Translations under genes and position numbers: made by a program
Source: an uncultured Phycisphaerales bacterium
GTDB lineage: Bacteria > Planctomycetota > Phycisphaerae > Tepidisphaerales > Tepidisphaeraceae
Reading direction: 5' to 3'
Assembly (NCBI GenBank): GCA_963758525.1
Contig: CAVWVQ010000003.1
Span: 512,001-576,000 of the forward strand
Length of the DNA stretch: 64,000 bases
The notes under the pieces: model-generated
The model's input: only the letters and a program-made list of their open reading frames with translations
Databases searched by the model: none
Told to the model about the DNA's origin: nothing
In this document: positions 19,503 through 27,525 of the stretch, in pieces
Numbering within the stretch: position 1 is the first letter of the stretch
Layout: each line of letters begins with the position of its first letter

Positions 19503-22364
19503 TTGGCAAAAGGCATTCGAGTCAACCAGTTGGCAAAAGAGCTCGGCATCGAGAGCAAGGCGATTCTCGCCAAGTGCCGCGATGAAGGGTTGGCAGACAA
19601 AGTCGTCAACCACATGAGCATGATCAGTATCGGTCTGGCGGAGACCGTGCGCGAATGGTTCGCCGGCGGCGGCGGGGTGAGCACCGCTGTCGAAACGGCC
19701 CCTCCGGTCGAGACGACCCGGGTGAAACGCACGGCCAGGAAGAAGAAAAGCGAATTCGACGAGGCCGGACCGTCAGAGACTGTGGTTGCGGAGCCGGCCG
19801 AGACGCCCGTGCCCGTCGAGATCGCGCCCGAGCCGGTGGTCATCGCAGAAGCGCCGGTCGTTGCGCCGCCCCCGCCGGAACCCGAACCGGTTCAGGTGGA
19901 GGCAGCACCGATTGCACCACCGGTGCTCCCCGAGGAGCCGCCTGTCGCGGAGCCGGTTGCACCGCTCGCGCCGGCGCCCGCACAACCCCTCAAGCCCGCC
20001 GCGACGGTGACGCACCCTGTGAGCGCGCCCGGCGGCAAGCCGCAAGGGCCCGCTGCACCGGCTGATCCCAATCGTCCGGCGCTGTCGCGCCCCACCATCA
20101 CGTTAAGCAATCGCGGGACCGGGCCGTCGATCGTCGAGCGCAAGCCGGTGGTCATCGCCCCGAAGCTGATGACGCTGGAGCCCGCCAGGATCAGCGGGCC
20201 GACCGTCGTGCGCGTCGAGAAGCCGGATAACATTCCCGCGCCGCGCGCGCGCCGCCCGGTCGGTCAGGGCAGCGACGCCCCAACCTTCACCGCCCAGGCG
20301 CGTCCCCAGGCGGGTCGTGGGGTCAAGCCCGCGGAGGACGATGAGGAAGCGGAAGCAAAGAAAAAGGCCGCCGCGAACGCCAAGAGCGGCCGGACCCTTT
20401 CCAACCGCCGGCGCGGCCCCGACGGGCGCCGCGGCGACGCCGTGGAAAAACTCCGCGAATTCACCGATCAGGATCTGGAAGAGCGGCGCACGCGTCTCAA
20501 CGCCGCCGCGTCGGCCCGGGCCGCGTTCAACCGGCATATCGAAGGCGCCCGCACGCGCGGCACGCACATCCAGATGAAGACCGCCGCCGAAAGCGGCGCT
20601 CCGGTCGACATCGAAGAGCCGATTACGGTCAAGAATCTTTCCGCCGCCTTGGGCATCAAGAGCAACGACATCGTCAAGAAGCTCTTCCTGCAGGGAATCG
20701 GGAACGTCACGATCAACTCGTCGCTCGACCGCGACACCGCCGGGGCAATCGCGCTGGAATACGGCGTTGAGCTGCATATCCAGGAGGAGTCGACTCTTGA
20801 GGATCGGTTCCTCGCCGAGTTCGAGTCCCGCGAGGTCGATCCGGAGAAGCAGGTCTGGCGGCCTCCGGTGGTCACGATCCTCGGGCACGTCGACCACGGC
20901 AAGACCAGCCTGCTCGACAAGATCCGCAAGGCCAATGTTGCCGCGGGCGAAGCGGGCGGCATCACGCAGCACACCGCCGCATGGATGGTGACCCTCGGCG
21001 ACAAGAAGATCACGTTTATCGACACTCCCGGCCACCAGGCATTCACCGCCATGCGCGCCCGCGGGGCAAACATGACGGACGTGGTCGTGCTCGTGGTCGG
21101 CGCGGCGGAAGGCGTTCAGCCGCAGACGATCGAGTCGATTAATCACGCCAAGGCGGCGGGTGTCCCGATCGTCGTGGCGCTCAACAAGATCGATCGCCCC
21201 GACGCGAATGTGAACGCCGTGCTCGGTCAGCTTGCCGGCAACGGGCTGAATCCCGTCGAATATGGCGGCGATACTGAAGTCGTGCGAACCAGCGCCGTCA
21301 CCGGACAGGGAATTCCCGAACTGCTGGAAATTCTCGATCTCCAGAGCCAGATCATGGATCTCAAGGCAGATCCCACCGCCCCGTCGCGCGGAACGGTGAT
21401 CGAATCGCGGGTTGATCCGGGGCTTGGTCCGGTCGCAACCGTGCTGGTGCAGAATGGCACGCTGCACGTCGGCGATGTCGTGATCTGCGGGCCCGGCTAT
21501 GGGCGCGTGCGCATGCTCCTCAACGATCTGGGCAAGCATATTCAGGAAGCCGGCCCGTCGACCCCCGTGGTCCTCAGCGGGCTCGATGTGCTGCCGTCCG
21601 CGGGCGACAAATACTTCACGATGACTGACATCGATGAAGCCCGCAATATCGCCGAAGAGCGGCAATCGCAGGTCCGCCAGGCGTCACTTGCCGGCAAGAG
21701 CCAGGTCACGCTGGAGAACCTCTTCGACACGATGAAGGCCAGCGACATCAAGACCATCAACCTGATCATCAAGGCTGACGTGCAGGGATCGGTGGAGACG
21801 CTGCAGAAGACGGTCACCGACGCCAACACCGACGAGGTGAAGGTGCGCGTGATTCACGCGGCGGTGGGCGGCATCACCGAGAGCGACGTGGAACTGGCCG
21901 ACGCGTCCAACGCGGTCATCATTGGCTTCCACGTGGTGCCGGATGAAACGGCAAGAGCGATGGCCGAGCAACGGCGCGTGGAGATTCGCCTGTATCGCGT
22001 CATCTACGAGATTTTCGACGACCTCAAGAAGGCCCTTTCGGGTCTGCTCGAACCGGAAGTCCGCGAAAAACTTCACGGCCACGCGGAAGTCCGCAAGGTC
22101 TACAAAGTGTCGAGAGTCGGCAACATCGGCGGCTGCTTCGTCACCGACGGCCACATCCAGCGCGGCAGCAAGATCCGCCTGTCCCGCGGCGGCATCGTCA
22201 TCACCGATGATCTCGCGATCGAGTCGCTCAAGCGCCTCAAGGACGATGCCAAGGAAGTCAAAGCCGGCCTGGAATGCGGCATCAAGCTCGCCGGTTACGA
22301 CGACATCAAGGAGGGCGACATCCTGGAAGCGTACATCCGGGAGATGATTCAGAGGACGCTGTAG
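19503..22364 (+). CDS. infB: Translation initiation factor IF-2
   Basis: TTG start with [56 protein letters not shown]. Confidence 0.98.
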   Translation: MAKGIRVNQLAKELGIESKAILAKCRDEGLADKVVNHMSMISIGLAETVREWFAGGGGVSTAVETAPPVETTRVKRTARKKKSEFDEAGPSETVVAEPAETPVPVEIAPEPVVIAEAPVVAPPPPEPEPVQVEAAPIAPPVLPEEPPVAEPVAPLAPAPAQPLKPAATVTHPVSAPGGKPQGPAAPADPNRPALSRPTITLSNRGTGPSIVERKPVVIAPKLMTLEPARISGPTVVRVEKPDNIPAPRARRPVGQGSDAPTFTAQARPQAGRGVKPAEDDEEAEAKKKAAANAKSGRTLSNRRRGPDGRRGDAVEKLREFTDQDLEERRTRLNAAASARAAFNRHIEGARTRGTHIQMKTAAESGAPVDIEEPITVKNLSAALGIKSNDIVKKLFLQGIGNVTINSSLDRDTAGAIALEYGVELHIQEESTLEDRFLAEFESREVDPEKQVWRPPVVTILGHVDHGKTSLLDKIRKANVAAGEAGGITQHTAAWMVTLGDKKITFIDTPGHQAFTAMRARGANMTDVVVLVVGAAEGVQPQTIESINHAKAAGVPIVVALNKIDRPDANVNAVLGQLAGNGLNPVEYGGDTEVVRTSAVTGQGIPELLEILDLQSQIMDLKADPTAPSRGTVIESRVDPGLGPVATVLVQNGTLHVGDVVICGPGYGRVRMLLNDLGKHIQEAGPSTPVVLSGLDVLPSAGDKYFTMTDIDEARNIAEERQSQVRQASLAGKSQVTLENLFDTMKASDIKTINLIIKADVQGSVETLQKTVTDANTDEVKVRVIHAAVGGITESDVELADASNAVIIGFHVVPDETARAMAEQRRVEIRLYRVIYEIFDDLKKALSGLLEPEVREKLHGHAEVRKVYKVSRVGNIGGCFVTDGHIQRGSKIRLSRGGIVITDDLAIESLKRLKDDAKEVKAGLECGIKLAGYDDIKEGDILEAYIREMIQRTL

Positions 22365-22367
22365 GCC

Positions 22368-22468
22368 GGTGATTGGTGATTGGTGATTGGAACGTGACAA
22401 GACGAGGATCCGCGAAGCACTCGATTATCGTTCTGCCACTCTTGTCACGTTCCACGTTCCAATCACCA
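22368..22468. repeat. GGTGATT heptamer repeats forming a long inverted repeat
   Basis: (GGTGATT)x3-GGAACGTGACAAGA ... TCTTGTCACGTTCCACGTTCCAATCACC. The same right arm recurs at ~16413-16438. Confidence 0.75.
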
Positions 22469-22473
22469 GAACC

Positions 22474-22755
22474 ATGACGATCGGCATTCTACAGCTTGAG
22501 ATCGAAATCCCCGATGCCATGTCGCTCAAAGACAAGCGGCGGGTGGTGAAGAGTCTGATCGACAAGATCGCCCACGGGCACAACGTTTCGATCGCGGAGA
22601 TCGGCGCGCTGGACGAGCATCGCCGCAGCATTATCGGCCTGGCGATGGTCGCCAACGACCGCCGCTACGTTGAAGGCGGCCTGAGCAAACTGGTGGATTT
22701 CGTACGCAACGATGTCAGAGTAAACCTGATCGATTTTCAAACGGAGATGTTGTGA
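22474..22755 (+). CDS. DUF503 (YlxP-like) protein
   Basis: SLKDKRRVVKSL...NVSIAEI pattern; conserved position between infB and rbfA. Confidence 0.88.
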   Translation: MTIGILQLEIEIPDAMSLKDKRRVVKSLIDKIAHGHNVSIAEIGALDEHRRSIIGLAMVANDRRYVEGGLSKLVDFVRNDVRVNLIDFQTEML

Positions 22756-22762
22756 GGAAGAC

Positions 22763-22866
22763 AGGGACAAAGGGACAGAGGGACAGAGGGACAAAGTGGA
22801 AGACTTTGTCCGCCAGTTTCTTGTCTTTCACTTCGTCCCTTTGTCCCTTCGTCCCTTTGTCCCTTT
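22763..22866. repeat. Inverted pair of octamer arrays (GGGACA(A/G)A / (T/C)T(T/C)GTCCC)
   Basis: Four GGGACAAA/GGGACAGA units mirrored by four TTCGTCCC/TTTGTCCC units. Confidence 0.85.
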
Positions 22867-22892
22867 CCTTCCCCCAGTTTTGACCCCACACA

Positions 22893-23273
22893 ATGTCCCG
22901 TCGCACCGAACGCGTTGGCAGCACGATCCGCCAGGAACTGGCGCAGATCATCCTGCGCCAATTGAACGATCCGCGGCTGACGGGGCTTCCCAGCATCACG
23001 CGCGTGAAAGTGAGTCCGGATCTGTCGGTGGCCGACGTATATGTCACCATCATGGGAACCGCCGGACAGCAGTCGGCCGCGCTCAACGCGCTGCGGCATT
23101 CGGCGGGAATGATGCGGGCGAAGCTGACGCAGTCGATCGCGCTGCGGCAGGCGCCGTTTCTTAAGTTTCACATCGATGAGAATCTCAAAAAAGAACTGGC
23201 CGTTCTGGACCTGCTTCGCAAGGTGGAACTGGAACGCGAGCAACAGGAACCGGAAACCGAAAACGAAACATGA
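22893..23273 (+). CDS. rbfA: Ribosome-binding factor A
   Basis: MSRRTERV...DPRL....ITRVKVSPDLSVADVYV...LRQAPFLKFHID. Confidence 0.95.
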   Translation: MSRRTERVGSTIRQELAQIILRQLNDPRLTGLPSITRVKVSPDLSVADVYVTIMGTAGQQSAALNALRHSAGMMRAKLTQSIALRQAPFLKFHIDENLKKELAVLDLLRKVELEREQQEPETENET

Positions 23274-23893
23274 AGAACGCAACGAAACACGCTGACGAAT
23301 TGAAATCGCTCTTCCGCCGGCTCGTGAAAGAGTGGAAACCCGCTCCGCGCGAGCCGCAGGAAGCCCTGCGGGCATTGGTGCGCGGAGCGATGTCATATGA
23401 CATGCCCGACTCCAAGGCCGCCGAGGCGATGCGCCACATTCAGGAGGAGTTCGTCGACCTCAACGAGCTTCGCGTTGCCACCGACCTGGAAATTCACGAG
23501 CTGCTGGGGGTGCGCTATCCGGCCATCGAGCAGCGCGTGGCCATGATCACGCTGTCGCTCAACAACATCTTTGAGCGCGAGCACACGATGAATCTCGAAC
23601 GGCTCAAAGGCGTGAGCAAGCGCGACGCCCGCCAGTTTCTCCGGGAATTGCCGGAGATTCATCCGTTCGTGGAAGCCTATGTGATGCTCTATGCCTTTGA
23701 TGGGCACTCTTTCCCCATCGACAATGAAATCCTCGCCTTGTTGCGCGAGCATGAGATTGTCGATGAACAGACGCCCCTGGAAGAAGCGCAGCGGTTTGTC
23801 GAGCATCATCTGAAAGCGGAGGAGTGCTACGAGTTTTTCGTGGCGATTCGCCAGGAACTGATGCAGGATCACAAGGGAAAGAAGAAGAAGTAA
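23270..23893 (+). CDS. Conserved hypothetical protein (HhH-GPD/endonuclease III-like fold, degenerate)
   Basis: FVDLNELRV...IFEREH..NLE...FL..LP.....V.AYV.L.....HSFPID pattern; ATGA overlap with rbfA. Confidence 0.6.
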   Translation: MKNATKHADELKSLFRRLVKEWKPAPREPQEALRALVRGAMSYDMPDSKAAEAMRHIQEEFVDLNELRVATDLEIHELLGVRYPAIEQRVAMITLSLNNIFEREHTMNLERLKGVSKRDARQFLRELPEIHPFVEAYVMLYAFDGHSFPIDNEILALLREHEIVDEQTPLEEAQRFVEHHLKAEECYEFFVAIRQELMQDHKGKKKK

Positions 23894-23906
23894 GGAGAAG
23901 GCCCGG

Positions 23907-24167
23907 AGGCACAGAGGCACGGAGGCACAGAGGCACGGAGGCACGAAGGGAAGACGAAAAAAATGAGAAGGCACGAAGACACCGAGGCGCGGAGGAACGA
24001 AGGGAAAAGCAGCAGAGATGGCGCGGACAATTCCGGCGCTTCTGCTCTTCCCTTCGTGCCCGCATGCCAGCGTGCCTCCGTGCCTCTCCTCACTTCGACT
24101 CTTCCCTTCGTGCCTTCGTGCCTTCGTGCCTTTCCTCACTTCCACTCTTCCCTTCGTGCTTTGGTGC
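23907..24167. repeat. Inverted octamer arrays (GGCAC(A/G)(G/A)A / TTCGTGCC)
   Basis: AGGCACAG/AGGCACGG units at ~23907-23948 mirrored by CTTCGTGC units at ~24053-24167. The same unit occurs at 3529-3556 and ~9684-9708. Confidence 0.8.
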
Positions 24168-24177
24168 CTTACCACAT

Positions 24178-25069
24178 ATGACCGACCGACTTCCCAATGA
24201 CACGCTTCGGCTCGGCCTGCCCAGCGGAAGCCTTCAGACAGCAACCATCGACTTGTTCGGCGCGCTGGCTACCACGTTTCGCTGCAGGATCGCAGCGTTT
24301 TTCCGCGCATTGACGACGACCAGCTTTCGGCGGTGCTGTTTCGCACCAGGAGATCAGCCGGTACGTGGTCGATGACATCGTCGACTGCGGATTGACCGGC
24401 TACGACTGGATCGTCGAAAACGGCAACGAACAGGACGTGGTGGAAATCTGCCAGTTGAGCTATTCGCGGGCGTCGGCCAATCCGGTGCGCTGGGTGCTCG
24501 CCGTCCCCGAGGAAAGTGCCATCCGCGATCCGAAGGATTTTGAGGGGAAGATCATCGCCACGGAACTGGTCAGCACCACGCGCCGCTATTTTGCATCGCG
24601 CGGGATCAACGTGACCGTCGAATTTTCCTGGGGCACCACCGAGATCAAAGCCCGGCTGCTCGACGGCATCGTCGAGTCCACCGAAACCGGCTCTTCATTG
24701 CGGGCCAATAATCTGCGCATCGTCGATACGCTGCTGACCAGCACCACGCGGTTCGTCTCCAGCAAACGCTCCTGGGCCGTCGCCTGGAAACGCGAGAAGA
24801 TGGAGAACATGGCCATGCTTCTGCGCGGCGCGATCGAAGCGCGTGCCAAGGTCGGTCTGAAGATGAACGTCCCCGAAGCCCGGCTGCAGGAAATCATCGC
24901 GTTTCTGCCCGCGGAGAAAAGTCCGACTGTGAGTCGACTCGCGGATAGCGACTGGGTGGCAGTGGAAGTCATCCTCGAAGAACGCCAGGAGCGCGAGTTG
25001 ATTCCTTCATTGAAGCGCGCGGGGGCGACGGGGATTATCACGTATCCGCTGAATAAGGTCATCCCCTGA
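24178..25069 (+). CDS. hisG: ATP phosphoribosyltransferase, long form (two apparent 1-nt deletions near 24260 and 24345)
   Basis: [48 protein letters not shown], and C-terminal regulatory domain SPTVS...[10 protein letters not shown]. Confidence 0.93.
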
Positions 25070-25092
25070 ATAGAGCTGTAGACGATTTTCCC

Positions 25093-25254
25093 GTAGGGTC
25101 CGCTCGAGGGCGCCAAGAGGCGAAAGTTTGACAAACGGCGATATCGCCCTCGTGCGGACCATCGGGGTGCGCCGCGCCCGATGGTCCGCAGAAGAGCCGA
25201 TTGCACTCATTTCTTCGAACCACGTTTCTCGTGCGGCTCTTCAACGGACCCTAC
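25093..25254. repeat. GTAG-type REP doublet, copy 1 (left of TA cassette)
   Basis: GTAGGGTCCGC...GCGGACCAT...ATGGTCCGC...CGGACCCTAC with internal stems CGAGGGCG/CGCCCTCG and AAGAGCCG/CGGCTCTT. Confidence 0.88.
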
Positions 25255-25324
25255 GCGCTTGACATGTTCCGACATATCGCGAGATAATGTACAGAACTCA
25301 GTACAATGCTCCGATGAGGTGTCC

Positions 25325-25618
25325 GTGACCCGCAGCTCAGATATCACCAGCTTTACCGACTTTCGTGCGCATCTGCGCGATCACCTGAACGAACGGAAGG
25401 CAACAAGCCGGCCGCTATTTGTCACCACCAACGGCGAAACCGAAGCCGTTGTGCTCTCCCCCACCGCGTTCGATGAGCTGATGGACCAGGCTGAATTGGC
25501 GAAAAGCCTTGCAATGCTTGACCGGAGCATGGAGGACGTAGAAGCCGGACGCGGTCAACCGCTGAAACAAGCTGTTCGCGATATTTGCGCAGAGCTTGGA
25601 CTGAAGCTCGCTCGCTGA
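25325..25618 (+). CDS. Type II TA antitoxin, Phd/YefM family
   Basis: DITSFTDFRAHL...RPLFVTTNGETEAVVLSP..FD pattern; GTG start with GAGGTG RBS. Confidence 0.88.
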   Translation: MTRSSDITSFTDFRAHLRDHLNERKATSRPLFVTTNGETEAVVLSPTAFDELMDQAELAKSLAMLDRSMEDVEAGRGQPLKQAVRDICAELGLKLAR

Positions 25619-25956
25619 GCTACCGTGTCTTTGTTACCCCCGCCGCTCGCGCCGAGATTCTGGAACGCGCCCGCTATATTGCCGTTGACTGCCAAGCTCC
25701 ACTCAGTGCGGCACGATGGCTTGAACAAATATTTGCCGCCGCAGACACGTTGGCCGATTTCCCGCGCCGCTGTGCTCTGGCGCCGGAGAACGCTTTTCGA
25801 AACTACGAAATTCGTCGCCTATTGATCGGCGACTACTTTCTGTTATTCACGATTGTCGAAAGCGATCAAACGGTGTGGGCGATCGGCTTTCGGCATGGCA
25901 GCCGCTTGCCCCGCCCGGATGAGTTGCCTGATTCGCCTCCTCGCGAGGAGGGGTGA
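25615..25956 (+). CDS. Type II TA toxin, RelE/ParE family
   Basis: YRVFVTPAARAEI....YIA....AARW....L..FP.R.....E.....IRRL..GDY.LLF.I......V....FRHG. Overlaps the antitoxin stop (CTGA); start codon uncertain. Confidence 0.85.
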   Translation: MSYRVFVTPAARAEILERARYIAVDCQAPLSAARWLEQIFAAADTLADFPRRCALAPENAFRNYEIRRLLIGDYFLLFTIVESDQTVWAIGFRHGSRLPRPDELPDSPPREEG

Positions 25957-25962
25957 TTAGCC

Positions 25963-26123
25963 GTAGGGTCCGCTCGAGGGCGCCAAGAGGCGAAAGCATG
26001 ACAGACTTGGGCCATCGCCCTCGTGCGGACCATCGGGGTGCGCCACGCGGATGGTCCGCAGAAGAGCCGCGTCGCACTCTTCCTTGAACCACGCTTCTCG
26101 TGCGGCTCTTCAGCGGACCCTAC
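25963..26123. repeat. GTAG-type REP doublet, copy 2 (right of TA cassette)
   Basis: Direct repeat of 25093-25254: stems conserved, loops diverged. Confidence 0.88.
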
Positions 26124-26125
26124 GC

Positions 26126-26510
26126 GCCTATCGCTCAAGGCAATATGGGGCTGTAACACAAATTGACATTGGTGGCGATTGGTACAATAAGCCGGAATGT
26201 CATTCGCGTAGGGCGGGATTCATCCCGCCGTCTCCTTCCTTAGTAACTTCGATTGCTCTATATGGATTCTGCGTTCATTGGTCTCTCGGAGTGGTGCTCG
26301 TAGTTTTCGCGTTTGCCGCATACTTTCGAGCGAAGCGGCTCCTTGCACCGGGGCGTTGAGCGGATGATGCTGCGGGCTGAGCGTTCAGAGTGGGTGTACC
26401 AACCCACCGTCCCCTCATTCTATGACTTGGCGATTTGCCGTAGGGCCTATCGCTCAAGGGAATATGAAGCTGTAACACAAATTGACATTGGTGGCGATTG
26501 GTACAATAAT
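26126..26510 (+). promoter_or_regulatory. Duplicated ~63-bp promoter-like segment (copies at ~26126-26190 and ~26446-26510)
   Basis: GCCTATCGCTCAAGG(C/G)AATATG(GG/AA)GCTGTAACACAAATTGACATTGGTGGCGATTGGTACAATAA occurs twice and contains TTGACA and TGGTACAAT. Confidence 0.6.
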
Positions 26511-26516
26511 TTTGAC

Positions 26517-26714
26517 ATGTCCACTCGAACGAGTCTGAACGTCTCTCTAACTCCCGAGCTCGACCAGTTCGTTCAACAGCGGGTCGCGACCGGCCGCTAT
26601 CAAACCGCCAGCGAGGTCGTCCGTGAGGGTCTTCGCCTCGTTCTGCAGGACAGCCGCGGAACGCACGACCTGCGCATCTCCCCTTGGCACGGTCCAGAGA
26701 ATTGCGTCGGTTGA
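26517..26714 (+). CDS. ParD-family (CC2985-like) ribbon-helix-helix antitoxin N-terminus, truncated or fused
   Basis: MSTRTSLNVSLTPELDQFVQQRVATGRYQTASEVVREGLRL matches the ParD RHH consensus; no cognate ParE follows. Confidence 0.8.
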   Translation: MSTRTSLNVSLTPELDQFVQQRVATGRYQTASEVVREGLRLVLQDSRGTHDLRISPWHGPENCVG

Positions 26715-27290
26715 CAACATCTCCGTGGTCAGGCATGACGCCGCATACATGCTGTTGGTAGAGAAACAAGGCATTTTCAATCGCTTGAAACAGGACGGAT
26801 TCGCCGAACAGCATCGTTGCGTGATGCTGAGCGGCAACGGGTATCCTGGCCTGTCATTTCGCCGGGTCATCCACACGCTGCACCAACAACTCCGCATCCC
26901 GCTCTATGTCTTGGCTGACAATGACCCGGCCGGTTACGAGATGTTCTTCCTCGTTACGCGCGGCTCCGCTCGCACCACTGGGAGCATCAGGGCCGCTTCG
27001 GCAGTTCCAGGAGCGGCGTTCGTCGGCGTGCAGGTCCGCGACTACGGATTGTTCTCTCTGCCGGATGACGCCGGCATCACATTGAACGAGGAGGAGCGGC
27101 TACAATTATTGCGTCTCAAGTCTTGCACGTGGTTGCGACAAGACCCGCTTTGGCAACGAGAATTTGACCAGCTGTTGGAACGCGGGTTTAAGGTAGAGAT
27201 GGAAGCGTTTTGTTTCTTTCGCTCTCGTTCATGGCGTCGTCGTACCTGCCAGACCGCATTGCGCGGCTAACCACCTTTGGGCTCCGCGAA
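26638..27290 (+). pseudogene. DNA topoisomerase VI subunit A (Spo11-like) TOPRIM-domain fragment, frameshifted
   Basis: MLLVEKQGIFNRL..D.F.....CVM.SGNGYP....RR....L...L.IP.YVLADNDPAG, WQRE...LL..GFKVEMEA, then in the next frame SFMASSYLPDRI. Collinear with the Topo VI-A C-terminal half; the winged-helix domain with the catalytic Tyr is absent. Confidence 0.72.
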
Positions 27291-27433
27291 GCGGCCAGGC
27301 GTGATGCGTTCGCCGTTCCCCCTGGTACGACGCAGCAAACCAGCGGGGATGAATCCTGCCCTACTGCGATTGACCACCCCGTCACCTCGTTGGCTCCGTG
27401 GAACTCGAAGCCCGCTTTTGCTACGATGTGAGT

Positions 27434-27507
27434 GCTGAGGTAGCTCAGTTGGCTAGAGCGTCGGGTTGTGGTCCCGAAGGTCACGGGTTCGAGCCCCGTC
27501 CTCAGTA
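27434..27507 (+). tRNA. tRNA-His (GUG), non-canonical: no genomic G-1, G1.U72, A73, CCA not encoded
   Basis: Acceptor GCTGAGG/CCTCAGT; D-arm GCTC-AGTTGGCTA-GAGC; anticodon arm TCGGG-TTGTGGT-CCCGA (GTG at 27468-27470); T-arm ACGGG-TTCGAGC-CCCGT; discriminator A at 27507; base at -1 is T. Confidence 0.95.
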
Positions 27508-27525
27508 TTCCCCCTTTTTTGAATT

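Noticed and set aside
26225..26359. Small membrane-protein gene between the duplicated promoters
   Set aside because: A hydrophobic stretch ending LLAPGR* has no clear start after the REP arm; at best a remnant.
27265..27314. Integron attC site (GGCTAAC...GTTCGCC) after the Topo VI-A fragment
   Set aside because: Only 50 nt, imperfect core sites, no convincing inner L boxes, and no integrase or second site.
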